Origin: a virus
Taxonomy: Duplodnaviria > Caudoviricetes
Length of the DNA stretch: 64,000 nucleotides
Virus record (IMG/VR): IMGVR_UViG_3300028048_002144
Direction: 5' to 3' (one strand)
A program made the position numbers and the translations under genes. Every line of letters begins with the position of its first letter. Positions within the stretch are counted from its first letter, which is position 1. This document shows, piece after piece, positions 1 through 10,260 of this stretch. The notes under the pieces were generated by a model, which made no database searches, had not been told where the DNA came from, and saw only the letters and a program-made list of their open reading frames with translations.

Positions 1-479
1 ATAAATCCATATTTCTCTAATTCTTCTTTAGTATATCCTTTATCTAAAAAAGGTTTAATATCGCCATTACAATAGCCTATTCCCCAGTAGCGAATATCTT
101 TCTGGGTAATGCCTCTTTCTTTTAAATAAGCTATACTCTCTTTAGTATAACTAGTAAAGAAAATTTTAGCTGCATCTCGATATAATTCTTCATATCTTTT
201 CTTTTCCTTTAGATATTCCTTTATACCATGATCCTTTTTTATCTTTTTGCTTTTTAATATAGAATCTTCTATTTCAGCATAAGTTTTATCTTTTTGACTT
301 AACCTTGCTAGAGATACTATATCACCACCTTTATTACAGGATATACAACTAAAGAAGTTATTTTTTAATATTAATGTTTCTTTTCCACAAAAAGGACATT
401 CCGCAACAAGTGTTTCTTTTGTCAGTTTCTTTTTGTCATTGAAGAAATTATTAATATTAAAATATTCTCTTACTTCCAT
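1..479 (-). CDS. dnaG: DNA primase N-terminal part (runs off window edge)
   Basis: Manual translation MEVREYF...ECPFCGKE...FSCISCNKGGDIV...AYLKERGITQKDIRYWGIGY fits the primase zinc finger and the YLxxRG..GIGY motif. Confidence 0.8.
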   Translation of the reverse strand, partial: MEVREYFNINNFFNDKKKLTKETLVAECPFCGKETLILKNNFFSCISCNKGGDIVSLARLSQKDKTYAEIEDSILKSKKIKKDHGIKEYLKEKKRYEELYRDAAKIFFTSYTKESIAYLKERGITQKDIRYWGIGYCNGDIKPFLDKGYTKEELEKYGF

Positions 480-523
480 AAATACTTTCTTTCTAAGAAA
501 CTTATTGCCTTATTACTGCTTTA

Positions 524-754
524 TTACTGCTTTACAAAGACCTCAATCTTCATTGGAAGAAGTAACAAGAAACCATTCTCGAACTGAATAGCTCTTTTCT
601 TTAGTCCTTCGAGTGTTTCTACTCCAGTTACACCAGTCAAAACGAAAGTAAAGGTATCATCATCAACCTTAATAATCTCGTTGATATTGTTTCTCAAAAC
701 ATCCAAGAAGTAAGCTTTTCCCATCTTATTTACTTTTCTAATTGCAATTGTCAT
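524..754 (-). CDS. hypothetical protein
   Basis: ORF with AGGAGG RBS. Confidence 0.6.
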   Translation of the reverse strand: MTIAIRKVNKMGKAYFLDVLRNNINEIIKVDDDTFTFVLTGVTGVETLEGLKKRAIQFENGFLLLLPMKIEVFVKQ

Positions 755-794
755 TTTGTTTTCCTCCTTATTTTTGGTTACTTAATAATTAGTC

Positions 795-1211
795 CTATAC
801 GTCATATCCAACTGAATGAAAGATATAATATCTTCCATCTGATCTTTTCTGTGTTCTATAAGTTATTGTGAAAGACTGCCCTGTACAGTCAAACTGACTA
901 GGTGCACATTCTAATCGCATATTCTCTTCAAAGAAGTCCTGTGCCGATTTCTTGCTTTTGATTAATTCTGGTAATCGAGTTAGCAATAAATAGCCATCTA
1001 TATCACTAGCAATCATCTTGCTTACAACAGGAATCTTATTGTATGCACGGATATCTTTCTTTCTCTCATTAATACAATCTCGAAGAGCCTTTTCTTTTAC
1101 CTGGATCTCTTTTAAATCCTTATCTTTTCTCCACTGAGAACTATCTAAAAGCTCTTCATAGAACAAGATGCTTGAATATGCATTCCTAAGATCTCTTCTA
1201 TTTCTTATCAT
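795..1211 (-). CDS. hypothetical protein
   Basis: ORF with AGGAG RBS, co-oriented with neighbours. Confidence 0.65.
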   Translation of the reverse strand: MIRNRRDLRNAYSSILFYEELLDSSQWRKDKDLKEIQVKEKALRDCINERKKDIRAYNKIPVVSKMIASDIDGYLLLTRLPELIKSKKSAQDFFEENMRLECAPSQFDCTGQSFTITYRTQKRSDGRYYIFHSVGYDV

Positions 1212-1390
1212 AGTTATCTCCTATTCTTTATATGCTGGCTCAACATTTGACTTTTCAGATTCATCATGTCTCATCTCAGCCTTACGCCATACAACGCAAT
1301 GTCTACTACAGATTTCATTACAATTACTGCAAAAATCCTTTTCTTCTTTTTCTGTTATATACTCACCAACTCGCTTCATAGCTTATCTCC

Positions 1391-1597
1391 TCATTCTTTG
1401 TACACAGGCTCAATGCTTAACTTCTCACCCTTAATAGGAAAAATATCGTTTTCCTGCATACTTTTTACCATTTTTTCAGCTGATTCTTTATTTTTAGCTG
1501 CTCTGACTTCTACTACATTCCCGTTATTTGTTCTAACAACTTTGTATCCCAGTAATTCACTTACATTTGGAATTTTAGAAAATTGCTGCACGTTCAT
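1391..1597 (-). CDS. hypothetical protein
   Basis: ORF directly after the conserved promoter/RBS module. Confidence 0.65.
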   Translation of the reverse strand: MNVQQFSKIPNVSELLGYKVVRTNNGNVVEVRAAKNKESAEKMVKSMQENDIFPIKGEKLSIEPVYKE

Positions 1598-1637
1598 ATG
1601 TATACTTCCACCTTTCTATCTTTAAAATTCTGTTTAG

Positions 1638-1688
1638 AATATGAAAGATTTTTAGGAAGAAAAACCCTGGAATTTAATCCAGGGCTTT
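1638..1688 (-). promoter_or_regulatory. terminator hairpin + AAAAATCTTTCATATT promoter-like module (representative of about 30 copies)
   Basis: Hairpin CCCTGGA..TCCAGGG with U-tract, then the motif about 25-30 nt upstream of an RBS. Confidence 0.75.
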
Positions 1689-1698
1689 ACTCTTAATA

Positions 1699-3156
1699 TC
1701 AATTCTTTGTATCATCACATGCGAGTGCCGGTAATGAGATATCAGGTAGCCAATTTTCTTTCGACTTTCTTCTCAGTTCTTCTGGAACTGTTGAAGTATA
1801 GAATGCTGAGGTTTCAGCGATAGCAGCATCGATGAACCAAAAGACATCACCGTTCTGCATGATGTCAATAGACCACTGGCCATGCATGTCATCACAGTCT
1901 TTAATGAATTCAGTAACGTGTACTGTAACAGTGTCTTTATTAGCTTCATAACGGTCTACAAGACGTTCTTTGTTGAGACTGTAAGTAATATAGTCGTGCT
2001 TAGCATCAATATCGTTAGGTTTTGATTCTGCACGTTCTTTGAAGTGATTTAACATTACATCCGGATCCCAATAGTTATGTACACCGAGAACCTCTTTTGT
2101 ATCAAAATCCACGAATACTCTGTATTCGGTGTGAAGTGGCATACCATGATAGATAGTTTGATTACCTTCTACATCATCGATAAACTCACGGACAACCCAT
2201 TCAACTGTTGTTCCTGCTCCATAGATGCAAGGACTACATAATGGAGAAGCCATTTGAATATCTCTCTGATGAAGATACAACAGATATTCGCCAAGTTCTT
2301 TAACTTCTTTTTCACCCTGAATAAGGGCGTTTCTGAAGTCTTGTTTATTGGAACGGATTCCTGTTTTTACGAAATATTTCTTTGTATCATCAAGTCCAAA
2401 TACTTCATGGCAGTAGTTATCTACGATATCAAGCGTAGTTCTTGTAATCATAGGATATTCAACCTGTCTCGTAAGCTGAAGCATTGTGATTGGAACCTTT
2501 ATGATTTTTGTGTTTGGAATTTTGAAAAATCCATACTTGTCAACAGCCTTAGTCATTCTTGGAAGCCAATTACCCATAGATGAAGGATTGTTATCAATCA
2601 TAGAATATGTCAATTCATCAAGGTCAAGAATATCAAGTCCTTGTCTGAACATGTGATAACACGTTTTCTGCTTTTTAATATCAGTCTGTGTAAGGGCTTC
2701 GTTGAGAAAATAAAGCAATTCCTTGCCTGTATCAGGTATATCTCTCTGAGCATACAAACCTGTACACTGAGGCTGAATACTTTTTGGCAATGCTTTTATA
2801 TCTTCTGGCTTAACATGCTCAGAATCTGCAATACGATATGTAAAATCGATGAGTTTCTGAGAAGTTGTCTCTCTTTCGTATGAATATACGACTGTCTGAG
2901 AAATAAATTCATTGACGATTTTACGAGCAATTTCCTTTGTTGCTTCATCAGATACAATATCGTTTTCTCTGAGTTCTGAAGCCTGTTTTGCATTTACTTC
3001 AAAGTAATTGTCTGATATACCTTTTTTAAAATCAGCTGCATGATAAGCGTTTTCAAACTCAACAATCGCTTCAGGATTGGTATTCAACATATTAGCAATC
3101 TCATCAAGAGATAATGCAGATTTCTTTGGCTTTATTAAGTTTTTTAAAAAATCCAT
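1699..3156 (-). CDS. ATP-grasp fold protein (R2K/D123-like)
   Basis: Motifs YFVKTG..S.KQDF, WVVREFI, EYRVFV, WSIDIM, WFID. Confidence 0.55.
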   Translation of the reverse strand: MDFLKNLIKPKKSALSLDEIANMLNTNPEAIVEFENAYHAADFKKGISDNYFEVNAKQASELRENDIVSDEATKEIARKIVNEFISQTVVYSYERETTSQKLIDFTYRIADSEHVKPEDIKALPKSIQPQCTGLYAQRDIPDTGKELLYFLNEALTQTDIKKQKTCYHMFRQGLDILDLDELTYSMIDNNPSSMGNWLPRMTKAVDKYGFFKIPNTKIIKVPITMLQLTRQVEYPMITRTTLDIVDNYCHEVFGLDDTKKYFVKTGIRSNKQDFRNALIQGEKEVKELGEYLLYLHQRDIQMASPLCSPCIYGAGTTVEWVVREFIDDVEGNQTIYHGMPLHTEYRVFVDFDTKEVLGVHNYWDPDVMLNHFKERAESKPNDIDAKHDYITYSLNKERLVDRYEANKDTVTVHVTEFIKDCDDMHGQWSIDIMQNGDVFWFIDAAIAETSAFYTSTVPEELRRKSKENWLPDISLPALACDDTKN

Positions 3157-3185
3157 TTTATTTTCTTCCTTTGTTTTAAAGAGCT

Positions 3186-3536
3186 TTACATCAATTCTTC
3201 GAGATCAAATCCTTCGTGGCAATAACCATAAGTATCTGATAGCCAATCAGAAACCAACTCTTCGAAATCTTCATCGTTATTATCAAAATCCTCTGGGATT
3301 TCTACTTCTGTTGGGATTCCCAAGAAATCGGCAGCAGTTATTACATTATGATGAATCTGGCTTAAAGCAAAATCATCTCTTTCTTCATCAGACATAGCTT
3401 TAAAAGCCTTTTCTTCTTTTTCAGTGCATTTAAGCGCCTTTGCTGCTTCATCTACAGACATGGTATCAAGCTTTTCTAAAATCTCATCCTTGTCAATATC
3501 CCATAAAATATTAGTTGTTTTATATCTTTTAGCCAT
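3186..3536 (-). CDS. hypothetical acidic protein
   Basis: ORF after promoter module and RBS. Confidence 0.7.
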   Translation of the reverse strand: MAKRYKTTNILWDIDKDEILEKLDTMSVDEAAKALKCTEKEEKAFKAMSDEERDDFALSQIHHNVITAADFLGIPTEVEIPEDFDNNDEDFEELVSDWLSDTYGYCHEGFDLEELM

Positions 3537-3772
3537 ATTTTTCTCCTTTCATACTTAAAAAAATCTATTTTAAATATGAATGATTTTTTACAACAAAAAA
3601 GCTAGAGATTAACTCTCTAGCTTTTATTTCTTGATTATTCAATTGTTCTTGCAAACGTTACAGCTTCTTCTTTTGTATCAAAGTAATATTTGCTTCCTAC
3701 TTCATCATCGCAAACCCATTTACCGTTCTTTAGGTAAATAAGCCATCCGTTTTCTATAATGCTATCCATTAT

Positions 3773-4141
3773 TTACACTCCCATATCATCCAATGCTTTT
3801 CTCAAAAAAGCGTCTATTACATTTTGCTTGTCTACACTCTCATAATTCTTGTAGAGGCATTGAATTCTTTCCCAAACTTCGTCTGTGAGATGAAAACTAC
3901 GCTTTTTTGTGTTTAGTTTAGAAAAATTAATATCAAGGCCTGTTTCTTTCCCTTTCTTTTTAATCATATCTTTTTCTTTTAACAGGGTGAAAGCTGATAC
4001 TCTACTAAATCCATAAGGACAATCTTCTGTTTCCCAATCTTTCATTGTTGTTCCATAGAAATAATAATATAAATCTTTATAATCATTATCATTTGCTTTT
4101 ACTCTGAATTCCTGTGGTTTTGTAAATAGTTTATCCATCAT
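3773..4141 (-). CDS. hypothetical protein, possible C-terminal ribbon-helix-helix
   Basis: KKRSFHLTDEVWERI...VIDAFLRKAL pattern; RBS present. Confidence 0.5.
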   Translation of the reverse strand: MMDKLFTKPQEFRVKANDNDYKDLYYYFYGTTMKDWETEDCPYGFSRVSAFTLLKEKDMIKKKGKETGLDINFSKLNTKKRSFHLTDEVWERIQCLYKNYESVDKQNVIDAFLRKALDDMGV

Positions 4142-4157
4142 TTTTCTCCTTTTTTTG

Positions 4158-4361
4158 TTACTTCAATAAATACAGCAATATAGATGCGAGAATTACGATT
4201 ATAAAACTGCCGATACACGTTGTTATCGCACGTTCCATTTTGTTATTATCATATGTGTTTTTCGCAACTATTGCAGGTACAATACCCCCGATAATACCGA
4301 TACTGCTAAATACCAGTATTGCAAATGTTGCCATTAGTCTTTTAAACTCAATATCCATCAT
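4158..4361 (-). CDS. small membrane protein
   Basis: Two hydrophobic segments; RBS. Confidence 0.6.
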   Translation of the reverse strand: MMDIEFKRLMATFAILVFSSIGIIGGIVPAIVAKNTYDNNKMERAITTCIGSFIIVILASILLYLLK

Positions 4362-4468
4362 TATTCTCCCTTTTCTTCAGCTATATGACCATCCATATTA
4401 TTTTTCTTTGGCTTATAATTTTCGATATCAATATTTGTTTCTTCCTGCATACTACTCTTTCCTTTCGA

Positions 4469-4867
4469 TTATTTATATTGTTCAGGGGATAGATATGCAA
4501 CGTCATCAAAAACATCATCAAATGTAGCTGTAAAGCCTGTAAAGAAATTTTCAAATTCCTGATCATAAGATTTTGTTTCTTCATCAAAACATGAAATATC
4601 CTTCTCTACACGATTCTCTTCGCTAATACTGATATATACATGTTTTCTCTTCAAAACAGCTGCTCTTAAAAGTATAAGAGACATAGGATCTTCGATTTCC
4701 ATTTCTACCAGGATATAAGTCTCATCTGGTGTTTCATATTCCTTACATCCAGTTGAACCTAATTCCGGCAAAGAAGTCTTAAAATCCTTCTCTTCCTCTA
4801 ACAGCTTTTTGATTTCTTCATAATCACTCTTTGTTAATACAATACTAAGCTTTTCTAAATAACTCAT
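4469..4867 (-). CDS. hypothetical protein
   Basis: ORF after promoter module. Confidence 0.65.
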   Translation of the reverse strand: MSYLEKLSIVLTKSDYEEIKKLLEEEKDFKTSLPELGSTGCKEYETPDETYILVEMEIEDPMSLILLRAAVLKRKHVYISISEENRVEKDISCFDEETKSYDQEFENFFTGFTATFDDVFDDVAYLSPEQYK

Positions 4868-4962
4868 ATTATCGTCCTTTCTTTCATCGTTTTTCTATTA
4901 ATATGAAAGATTTTTAGCAAACAAAAAGCACTCAACAAAGAGTGCCTTTTGATATTATTATT

Positions 4963-5394
4963 CTATTCTGTTAGATAGTCAGAAAGATTTGTAAAGTATT
5001 CTTTTATACTTTCCTCTGTAATTATCTTATTACTTTTAATACGTGCTTCTTGCCACGGTGTTTGTTGGCTTATTAACTCTAGTAAACGAGTAGTTGAGAA
5101 TTTATCGCATAAGTCAATTACTTCGTCTACCATCTTTCTGTCTTCTTCTTTAACATAAAACCAATCTGATTCGAATGGAATAATATTTCCGTTGCCAAAA
5201 GGTTTATATTTATAATAGATGTTAGGTATTACTGGGCCAACATCCCAGGCTTCTATTTCCGCATTAAAGCACGGGACACCCTTTTCACATAAGAACTGGG
5301 CTTGAATATAGTAAAGAATACATTGCAATTTCAGATTATTAACAGGAGTTTTTCTGATAATATGTCTTGCTATTAAACAAACGTTATATTCCAT
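4963..5394 (-). CDS. Panacea/DUF4065 (SocA/GepA-like) antitoxin-domain protein
   Basis: NLKLQCILYYIQA, IEAWDVGPV, ISQQTPW motifs. Confidence 0.85.
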   Translation of the reverse strand: MEYNVCLIARHIIRKTPVNNLKLQCILYYIQAQFLCEKGVPCFNAEIEAWDVGPVIPNIYYKYKPFGNGNIIPFESDWFYVKEEDRKMVDEVIDLCDKFSTTRLLELISQQTPWQEARIKSNKIITEESIKEYFTNLSDYLTE

Positions 5395-5405
5395 AGTAGA
5401 CTCCT

Positions 5406-5612
5406 CTAAATGCTGATAATTCTAGTATGGTCATGCAAGCATTCTTCGCAGACCTCTTTACCTTCATAATCAAACAGTTCTTCTACATCTTTTCCACATT
5501 CATCACAATATAAATGTAGTACATGTCGTCTCGGGCAACTATCACCTAAACAAGGATATCCTGGGGATTCACAACTACAACATTCGTTTTCATATGTCTG
5601 CATTATACTCAC
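5406..5612 (-). CDS. small Cys-rich zinc-binding protein
   Basis: Several CxxC pairs. Confidence 0.6.
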   Translation of the reverse strand: MSIMQTYENECCSCESPGYPCLGDSCPRRHVLHLYCDECGKDVEELFDYEGKEVCEECLHDHTRIISI

Positions 5613-5830
5613 TCACTTTCTTTCTTCGCTTTTTCATATGCAGTAATAAACTGCTCGCATACATCTGAATCGTAACGATCAAATTCTTCGTACCAGCCTT
5701 CTTTTAAGACACTTATTATTGCTGCTCTATCTCTATCGTTGCTGATCTGGTTTACTACCTTTTCTTTTAATTCTGGATTGCTATTGCATTCCTTAATCAT
5801 GTCCTGGATATCATCATTTGTATAAAACAT
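5609..5830 (-). CDS. hypothetical protein, paralogous to the N-terminus of 8259..8996
   Basis: Shared F(D/E)RYD.DV..QF..A(Y/F)E.A motif. Confidence 0.65.
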   Translation of the reverse strand: MFYTNDDIQDMIKECNSNPELKEKVVNQISNDRDRAAIISVLKEGWYEEFDRYDSDVCEQFITAYEKAKKESE

Positions 5831-5862
5831 TCTTTTTCTCCTTATTACTCAATTTTTCCTTA

Positions 5863-6483
5863 TTACTCAAAGCTCTTGTATATCTTCTCGAAATCTACTT
5901 CATGCAGAATTTTAAGTAGTTTATCCATCTCTGGATTTCTCCAAGCGTGATGTCCGTATATATGACAATCATTGCTATAATGGTAATCATTACTCTTCAA
6001 GAAGTTCTGTGCATCTTCTGATGATAAGAAACAATTAGATTCTTCTTCAACTCTCTTATACTGAAGATGAATAAATCTACCATCTTCACCAGTTGCATCA
6101 TTTAAGTTTTCTGCTAACTCTTCTGTATCAAAAGAATTAACCAAAAGTTCCCACTGTTCTTTAACGAAATCATCTTCATAAAATTCGTTATCATTTAGGA
6201 TTTTTGTCACTATCTCTTTAGTGAAATCATCATAATCTTCACTGTCACATACTTCTTCTGTGCTCACAGTGTCATAAACAGTAAATCCATCTGGATCATC
6301 AAGCTTTTCTCCATAGATTTTCTTTGTATCCAGAATTGTCCAATACAAAGGATCTGCTGTACTCGCATTGTCCTGTGTATTAATATCTTTCTGCAGATTC
6401 ATAAGGAATTCTACTTCTTCCTTTGTTATGTTTCTCTTTTCATAGGTATCTTCTCTTCTTTTTAAATTAAAAAATTTAGCCAT
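5863..6483 (-). CDS. hypothetical phage-type protein
   Basis: ORF after promoter module; TQDN.STADP and AWRNPEM motifs. Confidence 0.65.
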   Translation of the reverse strand: MAKFFNLKRREDTYEKRNITKEEVEFLMNLQKDINTQDNASTADPLYWTILDTKKIYGEKLDDPDGFTVYDTVSTEEVCDSEDYDDFTKEIVTKILNDNEFYEDDFVKEQWELLVNSFDTEELAENLNDATGEDGRFIHLQYKRVEEESNCFLSSEDAQNFLKSNDYHYSNDCHIYGHHAWRNPEMDKLLKILHEVDFEKIYKSFE

Positions 6484-6941
6484 TAATTTTCTCCTTTCTG
6501 ATTTTCAAAATTCTATTTGTAATATGAATGATTTTTGGATAAAAAATAAGCACTGGTTAACCCAGTGCTTATTACTTAATTTAGATATAATACGTGTATC
6601 TGCATTTATTCTTCCACCTCTTTAATTATTTCAAATATTTCTTCCTCTGATAGATCTTCATAATCCCCGACTTGAAAAGAACATTGATAGTTGGTTAAGT
6701 GGGGACAATATTTATATTTTTTGTAATCCATTATTTACCTCGTCACAAAGCATTTTTATTTTTTAATAACTGGTGTTCGAAAGTATCTGGTGAATGTTAT
6801 CTATCTTCCCAAATATCTACAATATCTTTGTAATTGCATCCCATAGCATTACAACAAAATTTCTTCGCTTGACGTTTATTTTCAGCGATAGTTCTAAAAT
6901 GATAGATACTACCGTAAATTTCGTAAGACACAACATATTTT

Positions 6942-7190
6942 CTACCCATTATATACCTCTAACTTTGCTTCAAGCGGAATTACTTCAATATCGTCTGTGA
7001 AATAAACAAGTCCATAATTCTCTAAATCAACTGCATTGCAAGATATTTCATATTCATTTATTACTTTGTTTAATTTCATATAAATGTGGTTAAGGTGCTC
7101 ACTAGATGTTTTGAAAACCTCTCCGCTTTTGAGATTTTTAAACTGTTTAGCTGCTTTATTATTAGATTCAAATACTTTTAATGTATCCAT
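6942..7190 (-). CDS. hypothetical protein
   Basis: ORF after promoter module. Confidence 0.65.
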   Translation of the reverse strand: MDTLKVFESNNKAAKQFKNLKSGEVFKTSSEHLNHIYMKLNKVINEYEISCNAVDLENYGLVYFTDDIEVIPLEAKLEVYNG

Positions 7191-7279
7191 TATTTTCTCC
7201 TTTCATTCTTTAATTTTGTTTTAAATATGAATGATTTTTTTATATAAAAAACGCCCCAGTTAATCCTGGAGCGTTTCTA

Positions 7280-7472
7280 TTATTTTAGATCAAAAGTAAT
7301 ATCATCAGCAATTGCCAGCCAAATACCAGCTATTACATGCTCGACTATTATGATAGGGAAAAACACAATTGCAGGATAGTCGTGGTTAAACATCAGTATT
7401 GTAAGAAACATATCAAGCATTATTGTTAACTGAATAATGAAATTACTATCTAAAAAAAATACTTTTCTTCAT
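7280..7472 (-). pseudogene. small membrane protein frameshifted in a T8 run (error or phase variation)
   Basis: Removing one T gives MKKSIFLDSNFIIQLTIML...ITFDLK* after a purine-rich RBS. Confidence 0.45.
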
Positions 7473-7577
7473 ATGGCTCTCTTCTCTTTCTGCCTTTCGC
7501 AGAAAACAAAAAGCCAGGAGTTATATTCACTCCTGACTTTCATAAATACTATTCATTCCTTATATGACAGATTTTTT
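7473..7577 (-). promoter_or_regulatory. two-hairpin leader with internal terminator (copy 1)
   Basis: TCTGTCATAT promoter, then TGAAAGTCAGGAG..CTCCTGGCTTTTT and TTCTGCGAAAGGCAGAA; near-identical to 48138-48246. Confidence 0.6.
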
Positions 7578-8259
7578 ATTTCGTGAATTCTAATTCTGTC
7601 AGTACATCATCATAACTGATATCGAAGCTTTTGCACTTTCTGAAAGACCAGCTTAGATCATTAATCTTTGTAGCAGTGCACATAAGAAGCATATCATCTC
7701 TTTTTAGTGATACTTCTTCTTTTCCCCATTTATCCATCAGCACTCTAGTATCAAATCCTCTATTAGTACCAACAGCATATCCGTTTGGAGTCTTTGTGAT
7801 AGTGAGTTTCAGATCCTTGTCTATCATATAGATATCTTTACAAAACTCTGTAAGAAGTTCTTCGCTATTGATATCAAAATCAAAGAACCATTTCTTCTCT
7901 TTTGCACATTCCTTCGTTGCTGCGATTGCTGCAATCTTTGAATCAATACTGCAAAGATTGAAATCATCATTATTAATTAGATGCTTAACGAGTTCTTTCT
8001 TAACCTTTGCCATATCTCTTGTATTATTAGACATATATAGTCTACATCGTTCCAGGTCTACACCTTTAAGGCAAAAGTCTTTAAAGGTATCTTTTAACTC
8101 TTCAAAAGATCGTGTAGTAAGAAATGCTTTTCTTCTGTCTTTGAATCCTTCTATGTTTCTATTATCTTTATTTCGAGAAACCATAAGCACTACTCTAGCT
8201 TCTTTATCGCCTAGATTAGTTGTTTCTCCCCACTTACTAAAGTTTCCTGCCATAATCAT
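7576..8259 (-). CDS. hypothetical protein
   Basis: 227-aa ORF with WFFDFD and TPNGY motifs; function not assigned. Confidence 0.65.
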   Translation of the reverse strand: MIMAGNFSKWGETTNLGDKEARVVLMVSRNKDNRNIEGFKDRRKAFLTTRSFEELKDTFKDFCLKGVDLERCRLYMSNNTRDMAKVKKELVKHLINNDDFNLCSIDSKIAAIAATKECAKEKKWFFDFDINSEELLTEFCKDIYMIDKDLKLTITKTPNGYAVGTNRGFDTRVLMDKWGKEEVSLKRDDMLLMCTATKINDLSWSFRKCKSFDISYDDVLTELEFTK

Positions 8260-8996
8260 TATTCCTCATCTTCTTTATTCATATTGTTGCGAGAAAAATT
8301 CTCAAGAATTACATCAGCTAAATATTTACCTGGGTTTAACCAGATTTCATATTTAGGATTTCCAACTCTCATATTTTCTTCGCTGGTCCAGTTATCCCAG
8401 TTCTTATCTAGCACGTTTAGGAATTTACTCATATCTTCTATATGATCATTATTTCTATTCTTATATCTATTAAAGTATTCCTCCTTACACTCTGTACGAG
8501 GAATTACTTTAGCGATAGTAACGTTGTGCTCATTCAGAAGATTAAGAACTTTCTCGTGCTGACTAACAAATATAAAATCATACTTGTTACTCTGGATATT
8601 TTTGAGAATATACTTTACGTATTCTTCTTCCCAGCCATCACCCTTAAATTTAGATGAATCAGAATCATGGATACTAAATCCATATTCTCCCTGGTGATTG
8701 AAAAGATATGTTTTCCCACATCCAGGGAATGCAGAAATTACAATAGTTGGGTTAATTTCTCTCTCTTCTTTAATAGCTTCTTCAAATGCCGCAACAAACT
8801 GTCTACGAACATCTGGATCATAGCGTTCAAATGTCTCATAATCTCTACTTGAAATTACATCCTGGATAGCTTTCCAAGCTGAGCAATCATTGATTTTATC
8901 TAATACTTTTTTACCAAAACTCATATTATCATGACTTTTTTCAAGCATTCTCTGTACATCATAATTTGAATATATTGCATTTTTTGTAAATAACAT
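8259..8996 (-). CDS. P-loop kinase-like protein
   Basis: Walker A ISAFPGCGKT and DSDSS motif. Confidence 0.65.
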   Translation of the reverse strand: MLFTKNAIYSNYDVQRMLEKSHDNMSFGKKVLDKINDCSAWKAIQDVISSRDYETFERYDPDVRRQFVAAFEEAIKEEREINPTIVISAFPGCGKTYLFNHQGEYGFSIHDSDSSKFKGDGWEEEYVKYILKNIQSNKYDFIFVSQHEKVLNLLNEHNVTIAKVIPRTECKEEYFNRYKNRNNDHIEDMSKFLNVLDKNWDNWTSEENMRVGNPKYEIWLNPGKYLADVILENFSRNNMNKEDEE

Positions 8997-9045
8997 TGTT
9001 TTTTCTCCTGTTTTTCATTAGTCCTACTTATTTATCTATTTCTAC

Positions 9046-9264
9046 TTATTTGTCTACTCGTTCCAAATCTTTCTCATCAAAAAGAAGAAGTCCTGGTCTA
9101 AATCCTTCTGTGTGATGTTCCTTCCAAGGGTTATTCTGATCCAGTTTAACAGTTACTCTTCCTATATTGTCAGTTTTAACAATTTCTCCGACAAAGCCCT
9201 TTGTAATATAGATATCGTTTGTGATTTCTACTTTTTCGCCTGTTTTGAATTTATTATTTCTCAT
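9046..9264 (-). CDS. small SH3/KOW-like hypothetical protein
   Basis: FKTGEKVEI...GEIV pattern. Confidence 0.55.
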   Translation of the reverse strand: MRNNKFKTGEKVEITNDIYITKGFVGEIVKTDNIGRVTVKLDQNNPWKEHHTEGFRPGLLLFDEKDLERVDK

Positions 9265-9293
9265 TGTTTTAGTTCCTTTTCTAGTTCTTATTA

Positions 9294-9932
9294 TTAGTTG
9301 AGTGCATTCTTCATCTTTACAATAGTTTCATCGTATTTATTTCTTACTTTTTCTAAAATCTCTTCTACTTCAATCGGGTGATTGTCGTTAGAATCAACGC
9401 CTACATGGAACCATAGAGGGTTGATTGCTCCATTCTTGTTCATGAAATCCTCTTTCTGATGCGTATGCCCAAAAAGAGAAATTACTTCTGAACCTAGATT
9501 ATCCTTATACGGATATGGATCTACATTTGTAGGAATAGCGTACGTTTTCACTACTGGATAATGTGAGATAATGAATTTTTGCTTGTTAATAGTAATTGTA
9601 TGTGCAACATCTGGGAAAACATTAAATCCAAGTTGCTTATAGATTTTTACCTTAGTGTTAGTATCGTGATTTCCTAGAGTTACACATACATTTTTGCACT
9701 TAATTTCTTTTAATAAGCTATATACATAGTTATAAGCTTTCTTATCTCTATCTATATGCATATCTCCCATACAAATGTCTCCTAAGATGTATAGATAATC
9801 ATCTTCAGCGACCATATTGTTTATATTATCTATAATTGCACGGTCATGTTCTTTTATTGAATTAAACCCTCGCTTTTTATAGATAAATTCTTTGTTATGA
9901 TTTAGATGTAAATCACTTGTAAAAAAATTCAT
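9294..9932 (-). CDS. calcineurin-like metallophosphoesterase
   Basis: SDLH, LGD, GNHD, SHYP and GHTH motifs. Confidence 0.9.
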   Translation of the reverse strand: MNFFTSDLHLNHNKEFIYKKRGFNSIKEHDRAIIDNINNMVAEDDYLYILGDICMGDMHIDRDKKAYNYVYSLLKEIKCKNVCVTLGNHDTNTKVKIYKQLGFNVFPDVAHTITINKQKFIISHYPVVKTYAIPTNVDPYPYKDNLGSEVISLFGHTHQKEDFMNKNGAINPLWFHVGVDSNDNHPIEVEEILEKVRNKYDETIVKMKNALN

Positions 9933-10048
9933 ATAACGCTCCTCTCAGGTCTTTTTTAATTAATCAGATTTAATATGAATGATTTTTATACGAAAAAACC
10001 ACTCAGATTATTCTGAGTGGTTTTACAATTCTTATATGAACTTATAAT

Positions 10049-10260
10049 GTTATGTTTTAGATGCAAATCACTCGTAAATTGACGCACCCATTGGCTAAAA
10101 CCAATGGGATTCTTGCTTCACCGTGCGGTTGCACTATTTAGTATCTGCTTTTGTAGTACCTCATAGCGACTTACATACACTCCACAAGCGTGACTTTCCG
10201 AGCGTCCCTCGGTAGTTAATGTTTATAGGATTAATCTGCTCCGAAGCCTATTATTTCTAA
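10049..10260 (-). ncRNA. TnpB omegaRNA (reRNA) with flanking guide
   Basis: Structured region between the tnpB stop and the right end; guide is the flank at and below 10078; boundaries approximate. Confidence 0.6.
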
